Source: Mobula hypostoma (Eukaryota). Taken from it: 64,000 bases of DNA. The stretch lies in the NCBI RefSeq assembly GCF_963921235.1, contig NC_086125.1:21576001-21640000 (forward strand), read 5' to 3'. The position numbers and the translations under genes were made by a program. Every line of letters begins with the position of its first letter. Position 1 is the stretch's first letter. The notes under the pieces were generated by a model. It saw only the letters and a program-made list of their open reading frames with translations. It was not told where the DNA came from and made no database searches. Positions 1 to 12,200 of the stretch are shown here, piece after piece.

Positions 1-1171
1 TTACCTGACCACTCACCTACTTTGTTATACCTAATCAGTGTCTTCACAGAGTCATATAACACAGACACTGGCCCTTCAGCCCACTACTTGCTTCAATGCC
101 GATCATTTTGCCCATCCACATTGATGCAAAATAGCATTTCTGGTATTGAATATATTCTCATGTTTGTTGGCAAGAATTCGGATTAGTAACTAAGCTTTTC
201 TAAAGCCTTTCGCTCTGTATTTTTGATATGGGAGGAAATTGGTTCACCAGCAGAAGATCTATAGAATCACACAGAGATCAAGAAACTCCACACAGTCAAT
301 GAGCAATTATATACAGAATAAAAAGGGTTAAAACCTGACTGACTTGTTTGCAGCTTGACTAGTCACAGTATGCAAATAATAATGTAAGATAACTAATTGT
401 GCCTTACTAAACTGCTAACCGTAGGGTTGTTCGAGACACCAACGTAAGGAACAAAGGAGTACTTGTTGCATGGGACAGCGGCTTTGTGTAACCACTAATC
501 AAGGATGTCTGACAATGATCAGAATCTGGCAATGTCATAACGAATGTTTAACAAACAGCCCTGGACAACCAAGTGCTTGGGGCTCACTTGGTTATAGATA
601 TCCAGGCTCTATGAGTGGGACTCTTTAGATCAACTGAGCAATGCAAGCTTGCTAATAAATAGTATGTAATTTTAAGTAAACTGAGTTTGACAATTATTCC
701 CTGGGTCTGAACCTAAAGTCCTCTGGTAGAGAGGCAGATCAACATCAACACCAGAAATCAAGATTGAAGTTGGGTTGTTGGAGTTGTGAATTAGCAGAAA
801 AATCAGCTACTGATCCATTGCTGCCCTACTTTATGCTCTGTTTATTGCCAAGTGCGGTAGTGGAACATTCTTCAGTGGAGGCACATAGGAGTACAGACAG
901 CATCCTGTATTTTTTTTCCTTAACCTTCATCTCAATACCACACATTAACCCACAGCTTATCACTAAGAAATTCAATCTTGGTTCACTTTTATTTGATGAA
1001 AAAGATTTTTTTTGTCCTGTAATATGCAAATAATCACAACTTATTCTGGAAGGGCTTCTGATATTAAAATGGAAAATCAACTCCCAGACAAATCCTTCAA
1101 GTTCCAAACTCAAAACAGACATTAAAGAAATTAAGAAACAACACAGTTCTCCAAAATAATCTAAATCAGCA

Positions 1172-1850
1172 GGATGAGAAGATGGCAGCGCGCCACGCGT
1201 GCGCAGCTCTCCGGTGAAAAATGATATCGTATCTGTTAAATAGGGGCCATGGACAATTCTGATTTGATGGAGAATGGATGTGAAAGCACAGAGGAACATC
1301 TGGAGAAATTTCTGAAACGCCCGTTCGCTGCTGTCGTTACTGTGTGGTTGTGAATCTTTCAGAGGGTAGGCCTCAAAATCCCCGGCCTTGCCTGCTTTTC
1401 ACGACCGAGAAGAAGGTCGAATCGTTTGGACAGAGATGGCGCTCAGTATTCAGTGTCGGAGAGCTGATCAGAGCTCGAAGTTTTCGGATAACTCAGAGTC
1501 GGACTGTGGTCGGCAAGGCAGGGAGAGTTTTTCTTCCTTCTCCCGAGAGTTTTCGGATGACTCAGAGTCGGACTGTGGTCGGCAAGGCAGGGAGAGTTTT
1601 TCTTCCTTCTGCGTGAGATGTGGGATATTTGAGAAACTTTGAACTTTACTGTTCTCACGGACTTCTTCATCAAGTTATGGTATTGTTGCACTGTTGTAAC
1701 TATATGTTATAATCATGTGGTTTTGTCAGTTTTTTCAGTCTTGGTTTGTCCTGTGTTTTGTGATATCACACCGGAGGAAATAGTATCATTTCTTAATGCA
1801 TGCATTACTAAATGACAAAAAAGAGGACTACGTGTCTTCATAATCATGAT
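1172..1850 (+). mobile_element. Non-autonomous retroposon-like repeat with an internal 63-bp duplication
   Basis: CpG-rich head starting AAGATGGC and AT-rich 3' UTR-like tail; direct repeat at 1479-1541 and 1548-1610 with 1 mismatch. Confidence 0.5.
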
Positions 1851-2493
1851 CAAATGTTTTAAAATTTAGGAGTTAATTAAATTAATCCCTTCTACTCAGG
1901 GAACGTCATGGTGTGAATGCAAACGCAACATTCAATTTAAAAGTTCCCACATACTTATTACTGTCACATCACTATTTTAACACATGAAAAGCTTACACCT
2001 GAGACAATATACAACAAATATATAAAACTGATGACTTTAGAAAGGAATTAATTAACAATCCAAATGCTTACCAACAAGCACAAGAATGTACTTAGTACTA
2101 GATATGCTGTCTAATTCAGCCTGACAAAGTAATAGCTACCTAACAACTTTAAGCATTAATCGTGTACATAATAAGTATAGTTTAATCAATAACTAAAACA
2201 AAGGCCTATGAGATCCTGGACTTTATTAGCTGGAGCACAGCGTTTAAGAACATAGAGGTTATGGTCAAAAACAAGAGAAAATCTGCAGATGGTGGAAATC
2301 CAAGCAACACATATAAAATGCTGGAGGAACTCAGCAGGCCAGGCAGCATCTATAGAAAAGAGTAAACAGTCGACATTTTTGGTTTGTGTGTGTTGCCTAG
2401 AGGTTTTCAAAAATTATAACGAACAGGAGGATGAGTAGTGAAAAACTTTTCCCCTTAACAGGAATGTCTAAAGCCATGGAGATAGGTTTAAGG

Positions 2494-3769
2494 CAGGGGT
2501 CCCCAACCTTTTTCGCACTGCGGACCGGCCAACCCGGGGGGGGGGGGGTGTGGGGTTGCCAACAGACAAGAGTAGCAGTCAAATAAATTGCGTTTACCCA
2601 GAGAAAGACTACAATGGCCATGAAGCCCTGCACGGGCACCAGTGTGCATGCGTGACCTGCCCACCTGTGTACCTGCCGATTTTTTTCCCTGCAAATCGAT
2701 TTTGGCGATTCTGCTCGGGGGGGGGGGGGGGGTTGCTAATCAGGACCGGAATATAGGTGAGAAGTGGCTAATACACTCAATTTCGTTTCTAAAAGGCTTT
2801 ATCTAACAAATTTAATATTAAACACACAGCGCATATTTTCCCCGCATGAATATAGTGATAAGTCAATTATCAGGGGAGGACAGGGAAGCTTGAAGTGTTG
2901 AACGAACTTCCAGTAGAAGTGGCAGAAACAGGTTCAATATTATCATTTAAAGAAAAATTGGATAGGTATATGGACAGGAAAGGAATGTAGGGTTCCGGGC
3001 TGAGTGCAGGTCGGTGGGACTAGGTGAGAGTAGCGTAAGGCACGGACTAGAAGGGCCGAGATGGCCTGTTTCCGTGCTGTAATTGTTATATGGTTATATA
3101 AGTCACTTACAAGTCAATAGCATCATAACATTTTAAGTAATGTTTGGACATTAAACACACAGCACATATTTTCCCCGTATGAACATATAAAATCATTGCA
3201 ACACACCAATATCGCTGAATCAGTGGGAGCCCTGGGCTTGTTTTCCTGCAACAAGATGGTCCCATCGAGGGGTGATGGGAGACAGCGATACTCGAAAGGG
3301 GTTCCTTATGTCTAGTCTAGTCCGCAATTTAGTTTTCGTTGCATTCATTGCAGAAAACTCCGCTTCGCAGAAAAATGTTGGAAATGGAAGCAACGTTTTC
3401 AGTGCTTTCGTGGCTATCTCAGGATATTTAGCCTTGACTTTGATCCGGAATGCCGGCAGAGATGTTATGTCAGACATACTTTTCAGCCCACCGTCATTTG
3501 CGAGCCCGAGGAGTTGATCTCCTTCCCGCGCTGACATGGATGGCGCGCGTTCAAGCTCAACAGTGGCCGTGACAGGGAATGAGGAAAGGTTTCCTCGCGG
3601 CCCGGCAGGGAATGAGGAAAGGTTTCCTCGCGGCCCGGCAGGGAATGAGGAAAGGTGCCGCCCATGACAGGGAATGAGGAAAGGTGCAGCTGACTCATAT
3701 CGCCAAATCATATCGTTTCCTTACGACCCGGTAGAAAATGCTTTGCGGCCCGGTGGTTGGGGATCGCTG
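2494..3769 (-). mobile_element. Non-autonomous hAT (Buster/Charlie-type) DNA transposon
   Basis: TIRs CAGGGGTCCCCAACC / CAGCGATCCCCAACC; perfect 8-bp TSD GTTTAAGG (2486-2493, 3770-3777); transposase dimerization-domain remnant YPEIATKALKTLLPFPT...AGKQAQGSH at 3220-3530. Confidence 0.92.
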
Positions 3770-4566
3770 GTTTAAGGTGAAGAAGGTTAGAGGTGATGCA
3801 AGGAAAAGTTTTTCCACTCCTAGTGCACTTGTAATTTGTAACACACTAATTAGAAACAATTCCTCTAACAACATTTAAAAACAATCTTGAATCGCCAAAG
3901 CACAGAAGGTTATAATCAAATGCTGGTAAATGAAATTTATAGAGATGGACACTATGGCTAGGTGAATGGCCTATTTCTCAAAAATCTCTATAGCAAAATA
4001 TTTCCAGTCTTTTAAACTCTCTTCTTCAAAGCACAGTGTTTGAATATTTTTAAAGTAGATAGGTTCTACCATGGGTAAATGGGGATGCAGAATCAATGTT
4101 ACAATCAGATCAACCATATTTTACTAAATGGCAGAGCAGGCTTGTGGATCAGAAGCAGAGCTACGAGGACCTTCAGTGTAAGTGTTGAACAAGCTTCCAG
4201 CAGAAGTGATAGATGTGGGGTCAATTATAGCATTTAGGAATTTTGGATAGTTACATAGGTTATGGGGTGCAAGTAGATGGGGTTAGGCAGAAGACCTGCT
4301 CGGCACGGACTAGTTGGGCCAAGGGGCTCGCTAAAGTGATTCAAATCCAAGTTAGGGTAAAACTCTGATGATCTGCAATCCAACCACTCAGAGAAGCTAA
4401 TGGCTCAGCATCTATCTACGACTAGAAGTTCTATTGGATTCGAATATGCATTCTATCCTAATGTTGCAAAATAGCAGTCACAGATGTGAGATAGTTGTAG
4501 CACAAGAGTTCATTGGAAGGAAATTCTATGAAAGTCAAACTGCATGATGTAACTATCTTTACTTTC

Positions 4567-4833
4567 TTGGGTAGCGTAGTAGTTAGCACAACACTTTAGA
4601 GTACAGGCGACCGTGGTCCAACTCCTGCGCTGCCTGTAAGGAGTTTCTATGTTCTCCCTGTGACCATATGGGTTTCCTTCAGGTGCTCCCATTTCCTCCT
4701 ACAGCCCAAAGACGTACCAGCTAGTAGCTTAATTGGTCACTGTAAACTGTCCCATGAATAGGCTTGGATTAAATCCGCCCCGGCACAGCTCAAAGGACTG
4801 GAGGGGCTTATTCCACACTGTATCTCAATAAAT
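4567..4833 (+). mobile_element. tRNA-derived V-SINE (HE1-like)
   Basis: tRNA-like head, central tgggtttccttcaggtgctccc...cccaaagacgt V-domain, LINE-like tail ending aataaa. Confidence 0.7.
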
Positions 4834-5814
4834 TCCCTGTCACTTACAAAGGCCTGAGACACTGGTAATCTCCATCATTTAATTTATGGCAATTCACACA
4901 TCCAACTGTATGCTATTTTCAGCCTGTTCTTTAATTAAATGTCCATTGTGTTTAAGTAAACATTTTCATCAATATTACTACCTCAAGTCCAGTGATATAT
5001 TAAATATTTGCCAAAAACCAAGGAGTCCGTAGTGAAGCACAGGCTGCTACAGTTCTCAGCTACTGAGATAAAATCAAGGATAGTCCTTTGTCCATTATTG
5101 CTTAAATCAACAGCACACAGCATGTGTCAATGAAGCTACTTAGGATCTCCTGGGAATCCTTCACCTGATAGTCACAACAATCCCCTTGTTATGAGAGTCC
5201 TATTACTCCAAAACTAGAACAGCTGCATCTTGCTTTGATAAGCATATTAATCATGCATCAATTCAGCACAAGGTTTGTTTAATCCAATTGAACAATGATA
5301 ATAAAACTGACTGATACGGAAAATATTTCTCTACAACCAATTGAAAACCATGGATGTTGACCTATCCATAAAACTACCCCCAGAAGAGATGCAATAAGAC
5401 TAAAGCAGCTTGGGGAAAGACATTCAACTTAACTTCTAGAAATGACGACTTGGAGCATATTGGCTGCAAGTAGTGATGGCCTCATGATTCAATGAAGCAA
5501 CAGTAAATGTGACCAGAAACTAATCCCACAAATATTTAAGTACCTACACTCAAAGATAACTTATTTATCCTTAATGTCCATCACCAGAATCTCCATATAG
5601 CATAGAAAAATATGTAAGCAAATAATAAGTCAAAAGAACATTAAGTGTTAACAATGCATCCACATTTGAAACAAAAAATGAAGGATAATGACCCACTGAA
5701 TGTAATCAGACGTCTAATCTATGAAACTCAAAATAGCTAAACTAATATAGAGTAACAATCACCAACTAAATAAATCTTCTAACCAATACAAATTTTTGAA
5801 ACTTTTATAGATAC

Positions 5815-5986
5815 CTTTCCTGCTCGTCACTGTCATGAGAAAGCAAATCTAACCGTTGGTTAATTTTAGCAACAATGGATTCAGAATTTTGACTGGCATT
5901 CCCTCTCTGAGAGTCCCATGATTTGCCACCATAGCCATAGTTTGATCCAGAGCTTTGTCCATAGTCATAGTTATAGTCATCATAGC
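5815..5986 (-). CDS. AKAP8: AKAP8-like exon 3 (GYDDYNYDYG...NSESIVAKINQRLDLLSHDSDEQER, 172 nt); gene continues beyond the window start
   Basis: AKINQRLD motif; acceptor cttcag, donor AG|gtatct; paralogous to 36236-36452. The symbol is assigned by position (downstream of AKAP8L, as in mammals) and is tentative. Confidence 0.88.
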
Positions 5987-6329
5987 CTGAAGAGGAAATA
6001 AGAATGTACTGCAATGATATGTCAAAGTTCTAGGATTAAACAAGCTTGCAAGCCCTTCAAAGTTTGCAACGTAGTGTTAACAACACTTGTGTTCAGATTC
6101 AGATTAATTTATCACATGCACATCAAAGCACACAGTGACATGTGCCATTTGCATTAACAACCAACCAACTAAGATTGTGACGGGGGCAGCCCATAAGTGT
6201 TGTTGTACATTCCAGTGCCAATGTATGTACTGATATATCAGGTCAAGAAATTATCAGCCAGATAATTCAAAGTTGGGAGCTATGAGATAATCATCGGGAA
6301 TTAAAATGCTCGGCCATTAGAAAGTCCTG

Positions 6330-7300
6330 ACATGCAGGATGGTGCATGTCAATGATTAGGATGATGGAATCAATGGCTTTGTTGCAAAGTTTGCAGATGA
6401 TATGAAGTTGGGTGGAGGGGCAAGTAGTTTTGGGATAGTAGAGAGGTTACAGAAGGACTTAGAGTAAGAGAAAGGGCAAAAAAGTGGCAGATGGAATACA
6501 GTTCTGGAAAGTGTATGTTCATGCACTTTGGCGGAAGTGAAAGGGTTGACTGTTTTCTACATGGAAAGAAAATACAAAAACCTGAGATGCAAAGGGACTT
6601 AGGAATCCTTGTGTAGGATTCCCTAAAGGTTAATTTGCAGGTCGAGTGTGGTGAGGAAGGCAAAGGCAATGTTAGCATTCATTTCAAGAGGACTAGAATA
6701 TAAAAGCAAGGATGTAATGTTGATACTTTATAAAGCACTGGCGAGGCCTCACTTGCAGTATTGTGAGCAGTTTCGGGCCTCCATCTTAGAAACAAAGGAG
6801 GTTCACAAAAATGATTCCAAGATTAAATGGCTTGTCATATATCTGATGGCTCTGGAACTGTATTCACTAGAATTCAAAGAATGAGGGGTAATCTCATTGA
6901 AACCTATCGAATGGTGAAACACCTTGTTAGAGTGGATGTGGAGAGAATGCTTCCTGTGGTGGGAGAGTCAAGACCAGAGGACACAGACTCAGAATAGAAG
7001 GGTGATCTTTTGGAACAGATACGAGGAGGAATTTATTTAGCCAGAGGGTGGTGAATCTGTCAAATTCCCTGCCACAGGCTGCTGTGGAGGCCAAGTCTTT
7101 ATGTATATTTAAGGCAGGAGGATAGATTCTTGATTAGTCAGAGCATGAAGAAATACAGAGGTGGTGTGGCGGGGGGGGGGTGGAGGCAGGAGATTGTGGC
7201 TGAGAGGAAAAACGGATCAACCACGATGAAATGGCAAAGCAGACTCGATGGGCCAAATGGCCTAATTCTGCTCCTATATCTTATGGTCTTATGGTATGGA
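6330..7300 (+). mobile_element. CR1-clade LINE 3' fragment (degraded RT)
   Basis: KFADD remnant, LYKALARPHLQYCEQF motif and a CR1-type 3' end (cctaattctgctcctatatcttatggtcttatgg). Confidence 0.85.
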
Positions 7301-7868
7301 AAGTGTACAAATTATTACACCTATATACTGTAGGTGTTGCAGGTAGATCTAGTTTTCTGCCATTTTCTATATGAAAGTCAACAGTAAATATTTTACCATC
7401 AGATAATCTATAAAAATGTACACTTACTTTGATTTAGTAAAATATTCCAACAATATTTCAACTTTTGACTTTGTTTCCAAAAAGAAATGTCACAAATATT
7501 AAGTCCACCAAATGAACTACAAATTCTCAATACCAGCCAATGAAGTAATTTTGAAGTACAGCTACTCATAGTGAGCCTTAAGGATGAGGTTCCTACTTCT
7601 ACATGTGATAGCCTCTCATATACCAAAAAATAGAGAATCAACTATCCTTTGTGCACTATACCAATGTAACAGAAAACGAACTGATTGAGTTCACATTTTA
7701 AAAAAGAACAAGACTGCATTGCTTAACAATTAGTGGGAGGCTTCCCAGTACAGAATTTGTACAGTCTTTCATATAGTCATCATGTATACGTAAAGCAGCA
7801 GGATAAACAATTAAGAAACAGGGACTTGAGTAGTGTGCACATCAGTCTTTCCCCGTCACTGATAGTAC

Positions 7869-7907
7869 CTGCACCAGATGATTCAGCATCCCAATTTCCG
7901 TATGAAC
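7869..7907 (-). CDS. AKAP8: AKAP8-like exon 2 (GSYGNWDAESSGAG, 39 nt)
   Basis: Acceptor ttttacag, donor G|gtacta, phase 1-1; YGxW motif as in the family N-terminus. Confidence 0.78.
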
Positions 7908-9759
7908 CTGTAAAATGAAAGACTTGTTTAAAATGTTCTGGTTTACTTCAGATTTTCTTTTTAAAAGTACAACATTTACAAAGCAAAATTATGAAGCACA
8001 GAATGTAACAATAATCTACTAATGTTGGTCGCTAAATTTTGATCCGTAGTAATAGATGGCAGATGTAGCAGTCATAGAGCAACCTCCGCAACGTCCCAAA
8101 ACATTTTACAGCGAATAAAGTAACTCCGAAGTACACAACGTATATTTGCAATTTAGGGAACTCAACACCTTAGTTATTTTGCCTGAGTGATTAATACTGG
8201 TCAGGAGTTAATATAACATCCTTGATTCATTTTTATTCGTTTTTATGTCGAGACAAGAGAACACACAGGACTTCAACTAAAATCTCACTTGAAAGTGGCA
8301 AATCCAGCAATTGCTTAGAATTTCAGTCAATTGCAGCCTTGATCTTTGTGCTCAAGTTACCAGAACTAAACCCAGCACCTGCAGGTATTTGTGCATGTAC
8401 GTAGGCTGACACTTTATTACTGGGCATCACCAAGTGGAAATTAAACTGCTGGTGGTAATATCACAGGTGGACTTAAATAGTGCCATGACACTATCTAAGA
8501 ACAACCTCAGTGGTTGTTCTCAAGTATTGCCAATATTTATCGCTCAGCCAGCAAAGGCCTAGTTCTTCCAGATGTTCTTTACCTTTTCCAATACTGGTCA
8601 TTGCATTTCCTGCATCAAAAGATTGACCATATCAAAATATAATTTTCTGTAAAATGATTAGGTCTTAAAGATAACAAACAGTGCAATATAAATATAAATG
8701 AACCTTGCTTCCTTTGACATATTGGTTTATTCTTCTGATTCTAAGTTAACTGCCAAAAAGCCACACCAAAAATGGAGTTTTTAAGCTGTTGACACCCACA
8801 ATATACACAGAACACTGAAGATATAAATTTACCTTCTTTGATACAGGTTACTCATGTCTCTTTTTAAATCACATTCCTGGACATTATGAACTTATTTTGT
8901 TATTATGTTTGCTTTGTTATGTTTCTACTTCAATGTGTTTGCATACTTACTTTACTTCTGCATGATACAGTATATTCTCCATAATATTTAATGTGTATTA
9001 TATAATAATTCTAAATATCTAACAGAAACACAAATTTGGTAACCTATGTTTAAAGGAACCAACACTTGAAACAACTTTTACATATGGGCATAGCTAAAGA
9101 CAGATATAAACCAATATTTTACTGCACTACAAAAGGTCATCTGCTTCTTCTTCAGCCCCTCACAGTTGAGGGTGACATGCTTTCACTCTCAATCTGTGAG
9201 CTCTGCTGAGGCCAATGGAGGGAAACAATGATGCAGTGGTTGGATAGGTAGGATGGGAAATAGCACATCCCTTCCGAGGTTTTCCTTGGTTTCAATATGG
9301 CGCAGAAAGAACTTGAGATGTAATCCTGGTTGCTAATCCATTTTCAACTTTCATTTTCTCGATCACTGGGGATGTTAAACTTTTTTCTGGGAAGAACGTT
9401 GTTGAATCTATTCTGTCCAGCTCATGTAATAAAAGCCTTGAAAGTGTGTATGCTGGCCTTGTTCTCATACCATGAAAGTAGAATCAGAGGTCTCTCTAGC
9501 TACACACTTTGAGATATCTGTTGTATGTAGTCCATGTTTCAGATGCATACTGAAGGATCAATGCCACCCAGGGAACCACAGTCTCTTGCTATGATGAGAT
9601 CTTGCTGTTCCAACACTATGTCAATTTTTCAAAGAGAAGGACATTCTGCACACCAAGATTCTTACTTGTGCATCAGATTGGGCACCATCAATGAAAGGAC
9701 ACCATTGTGGGGTTATTACCCTCTTGAAAAAAGCTGTACCTAACATATTTACCATTCAC

Positions 9760-10680
9760 TGTTAATTCACAGGCAATATCTTGTCCAAAAAAGCCTAAGT
9801 GATACACAGCACAAATCATTAAATACTGTTATCACAGCAGTACATACTCTCTTGCTCTCAATTCTCGGCCGTTTCATGAGCTTTGTATTGAGAATGATGA
9901 ACAGTTTAAATACTTGCTGTTGCACACAAGTCAGATGGCTCTCAAAAGGAAACTGCCTGAGACACTTTTATGCACTTTTTGAAACTGTGATAATATTCTT
10001 TAAAGATTCAAATGTTTCATTCAGTAATCAACTTTCCTCGTGTTTGCATAAGAATATTAGACATGACACTGCTTATTTATCAGAATTATTCACAAAGTTT
10101 CATGAAACCAATCTTCAATTGCAATGAAACGTGAATCAGTCATCTCCACATTTCTGACCAAGTTAATCCTATTCGTGAATCATTGCCATTACGACCTTTT
10201 CCACTTTCTGAGCCTGGCTGAACTGGAAGATAAAGAAAGAATGCCAGGTGCTGATCTTCAAGTATACTGTGCTCACTTGGATGAGCTGTATAAAAACATG
10301 TCAGAGAGATTTCAGGACCTTCCCTCGAGTACAAATTCCAGATTGGGTAATAAATCCATTCCTGAACACTTGCAAAGAGGAATTAACAGGAGGGAGAACT
10401 GATCTCACTACAAAATTACTGAGGTGAAGCCAAGGTTCAAAAACTCATATCAAGACTTTTGGTTGCAGAAAGACATCTCTGAACGCCATCCCACACTGTT
10501 GGAAAAGGTCAAGATGTAATTTAGTAGAGTGTAGTTTCAGTGCAGTCACCCAACTTCTTTCAAAGCAACAAAACAGGCTACAAACTACTGAACTTGGGGA
10601 TCTGAGACTCCTGAGTGACATTCAGCCTGATGTTGAGAACCTGCGATCACTGCTTCAAGCCCACCCATCTCATTGAAAGG
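9760..10680 (+). mobile_element. Degraded hAT/Buster transposase relic
   Basis: Frameshifted pieces LLLHTQVRWLSKGNCL (HTEVRWLS motif) and C-terminal IQPDVENL...QAHPSH*. Confidence 0.8.
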
Positions 10681-11096
10681 TAGAAAAACAATGGAAGTAG
10701 TGAATAGTTGTACTACAAAGGTGCACTCTAAATTACTGATGAAATTGGTTTTACTGGAACTAAAGAAACAATTCCATTTGGAGCTTTATATAGATTTGAA
10801 TATTTCTTTGTGATTATTTATCACTGCTTTGAATTTGCAGTTCTTTGACTGTGCATCATAAATCAAAATTCCTTATAGTTTGTAAATAATGGCTGTAAAG
10901 GGACAGGGAGGTTCTGGAGATGTAACCTGGGAGCCAAAGGGGCAGTAATCCAAAAATTCTGCAATAAGTTCCTTCTCATCACCGAACTACCGATCTGCAG
11001 TAAAAAAACAGAAGCTACCAGAAACACTCGGCAGGTCGGGTAGCATCTTTGGCGAATGGAACAGGACCAACGATTTAGATAGGAAATCTTTGTCTG

Positions 11097-11348
11097 GTTG
11101 GTTAAGCCCATCACCACTACTGGGGCATTGCCAACCAACAGACAGCAGAGTCCTCTGTACTGGACCAGTCTTCCAGGTTGTCCCCAGGTGTAACCCATCT
11201 TCAAAGATCTCTCCTCTCCTAAGTATTAGGTCTTTGGAGCTTCAGTTGGCGTTTCTGTAGCTCTGAATTTTTATGGGATGGGGTTGCTAGCCCCATACCC
11301 AACCCTCCTCCTTTCGCAGACGGGCTTGGGACCGTCCATGGCGGAGTT
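11097..11348 (-). mobile_element. Short internally deleted RTE-clade non-LTR element (twister 5' end plus ORF C-terminal remnant)
   Basis: Twister and RTE-like 5' UTR (ggggctagcaaccccatcccataaaaa) joined to a remnant reading LKMGYTWGQPGRLVQYRGL, similar to the RTE ORF end WGQLERLAQDR; short (aacc) tail. Confidence 0.7.
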
Positions 11349-11349
11349 C
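11298..11349 (-). ncRNA. Twister ribozyme (P1-type) core lacking the native P1 5' strand
   Basis: Minus strand reads g AA CTCC GC CATG GACG GTCCCAAGCC CGTC TGCGAAA GGAG GAGGG TTGGG: P2 CUCC/GGAG, P4 GACG/CGUC, L4 GUCCCAAGCC, L1 GAGGG, matching the twister consensus as recalled. Confidence 0.85.
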
Positions 11350-12200
11350 GAAAATCCTTGGTCAGATCCGAAATGTTGCGGCCGCCGGGCGTGCGGTAAC
11401 TCCTATACCGGGACGTGGGGGTCCCGCGTTTCCTCTGGGAAAGGGGGCGAACCGCAACACGTCGTCCCACTGAAGTGGCGCCATTTTGTGAGGTGGACTG
11501 TGCATGGGGAGGGGGGGACCGCCGGGGAAAACACGACACCCACCGCAGTTGAGCTGCCGGTAGTTCGCCGCCATGTGCCAGGGCCGCGCTCAGCCAGAGA
11601 TGGCTTCGGATGAGGGAAAAAACAACAAATACACCTGAACCACAGCCAAAGGCACCGCGCACTCCAACTGAAAACTGACATGTGGCCTAGCCAATCACAT
11701 GGCAGGAGATCCTCCACTGACATTAGCCACAGCCAATCAGTGGCAGCGTAGGGTCGGTCATATGTGACGTATTATTTCTTGCCTAACCTCCAACAACAGA
11801 GAAAAAACAATTACTGCTTGCGGGGTTTATTTTACCTGGTCTTCATATCAACTACACGGCATATCAAACCTTATGAGGCGCCTGTCAAGACTCGATTCAC
11901 TGACCTGAATAACGACCATCCATTTTGTTTAGGTTCGGAGAGAAGCGCCCGCCGGGCGTCCAGCGGGCTGCCACTCACCCGGATGTACCAGTAGCGGCTG
12001 CCCATTGGTCAGGGCTGAGGCATGTGGGCGGGTCTCAGGACGCAACACCGCCTCTGATCAGCGGCAGGATGAAACGTCAATCATTGTGCCTGCGATTCAT
12101 TATGGGTGGTTCTGTGTAAACTGACTGGCAGCGATAAGCAGCCGACTGATCTATTGGGGGCCATACCGTGACTGCTCCCTCTGTGAAGTTTGCACTACTG
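11350..12200 (-). promoter_or_regulatory. CpG island/promoter of the AKAP8-like gene
   Basis: CpG-rich; CCAAT boxes (~11691, ~11733, reverse ~12004 and ~12153), TGACGT (~11765), GC box (~12026), YY1 motif at 11479-11490. Confidence 0.75.
11544..11574 (-). CDS. AKAP8: AKAP8-like paralog, probable coding exon 1 (MAANYRQLNC+G, 31 nt)
   Basis: cacATGGCGGCG start in a CpG island, donor G|gtgggt, phase 1 compatible with the next exon. No homology support recalled for this peptide. Confidence 0.6.

Noticed and set aside
161-750. Possible solo LTR (TGTTG...CAACA, AATAAA ~654)
   Set aside because: No TSD could be matched and the boundaries are ambiguous.
3573-3685. Four 18-bp repeats with spacers resembling a mini CRISPR array
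   Set aside because: Spacers are 11-15 bp and two are identical; the array lies inside a hAT transposon in vertebrate DNA with no cas genes.
8833-8855. ATG...AG|gtaaat as an alternative first exon of the AKAP8-like gene
   Set aside because: Ends in phase 2 while exon 2 needs phase 1, and it lies outside the CpG island.
11219-11723. Overlapping ORFs across the AKAP8-like CpG island
   Set aside because: Expected from high GC content; only the 31-nt segment ending at a donor fits the gene model.
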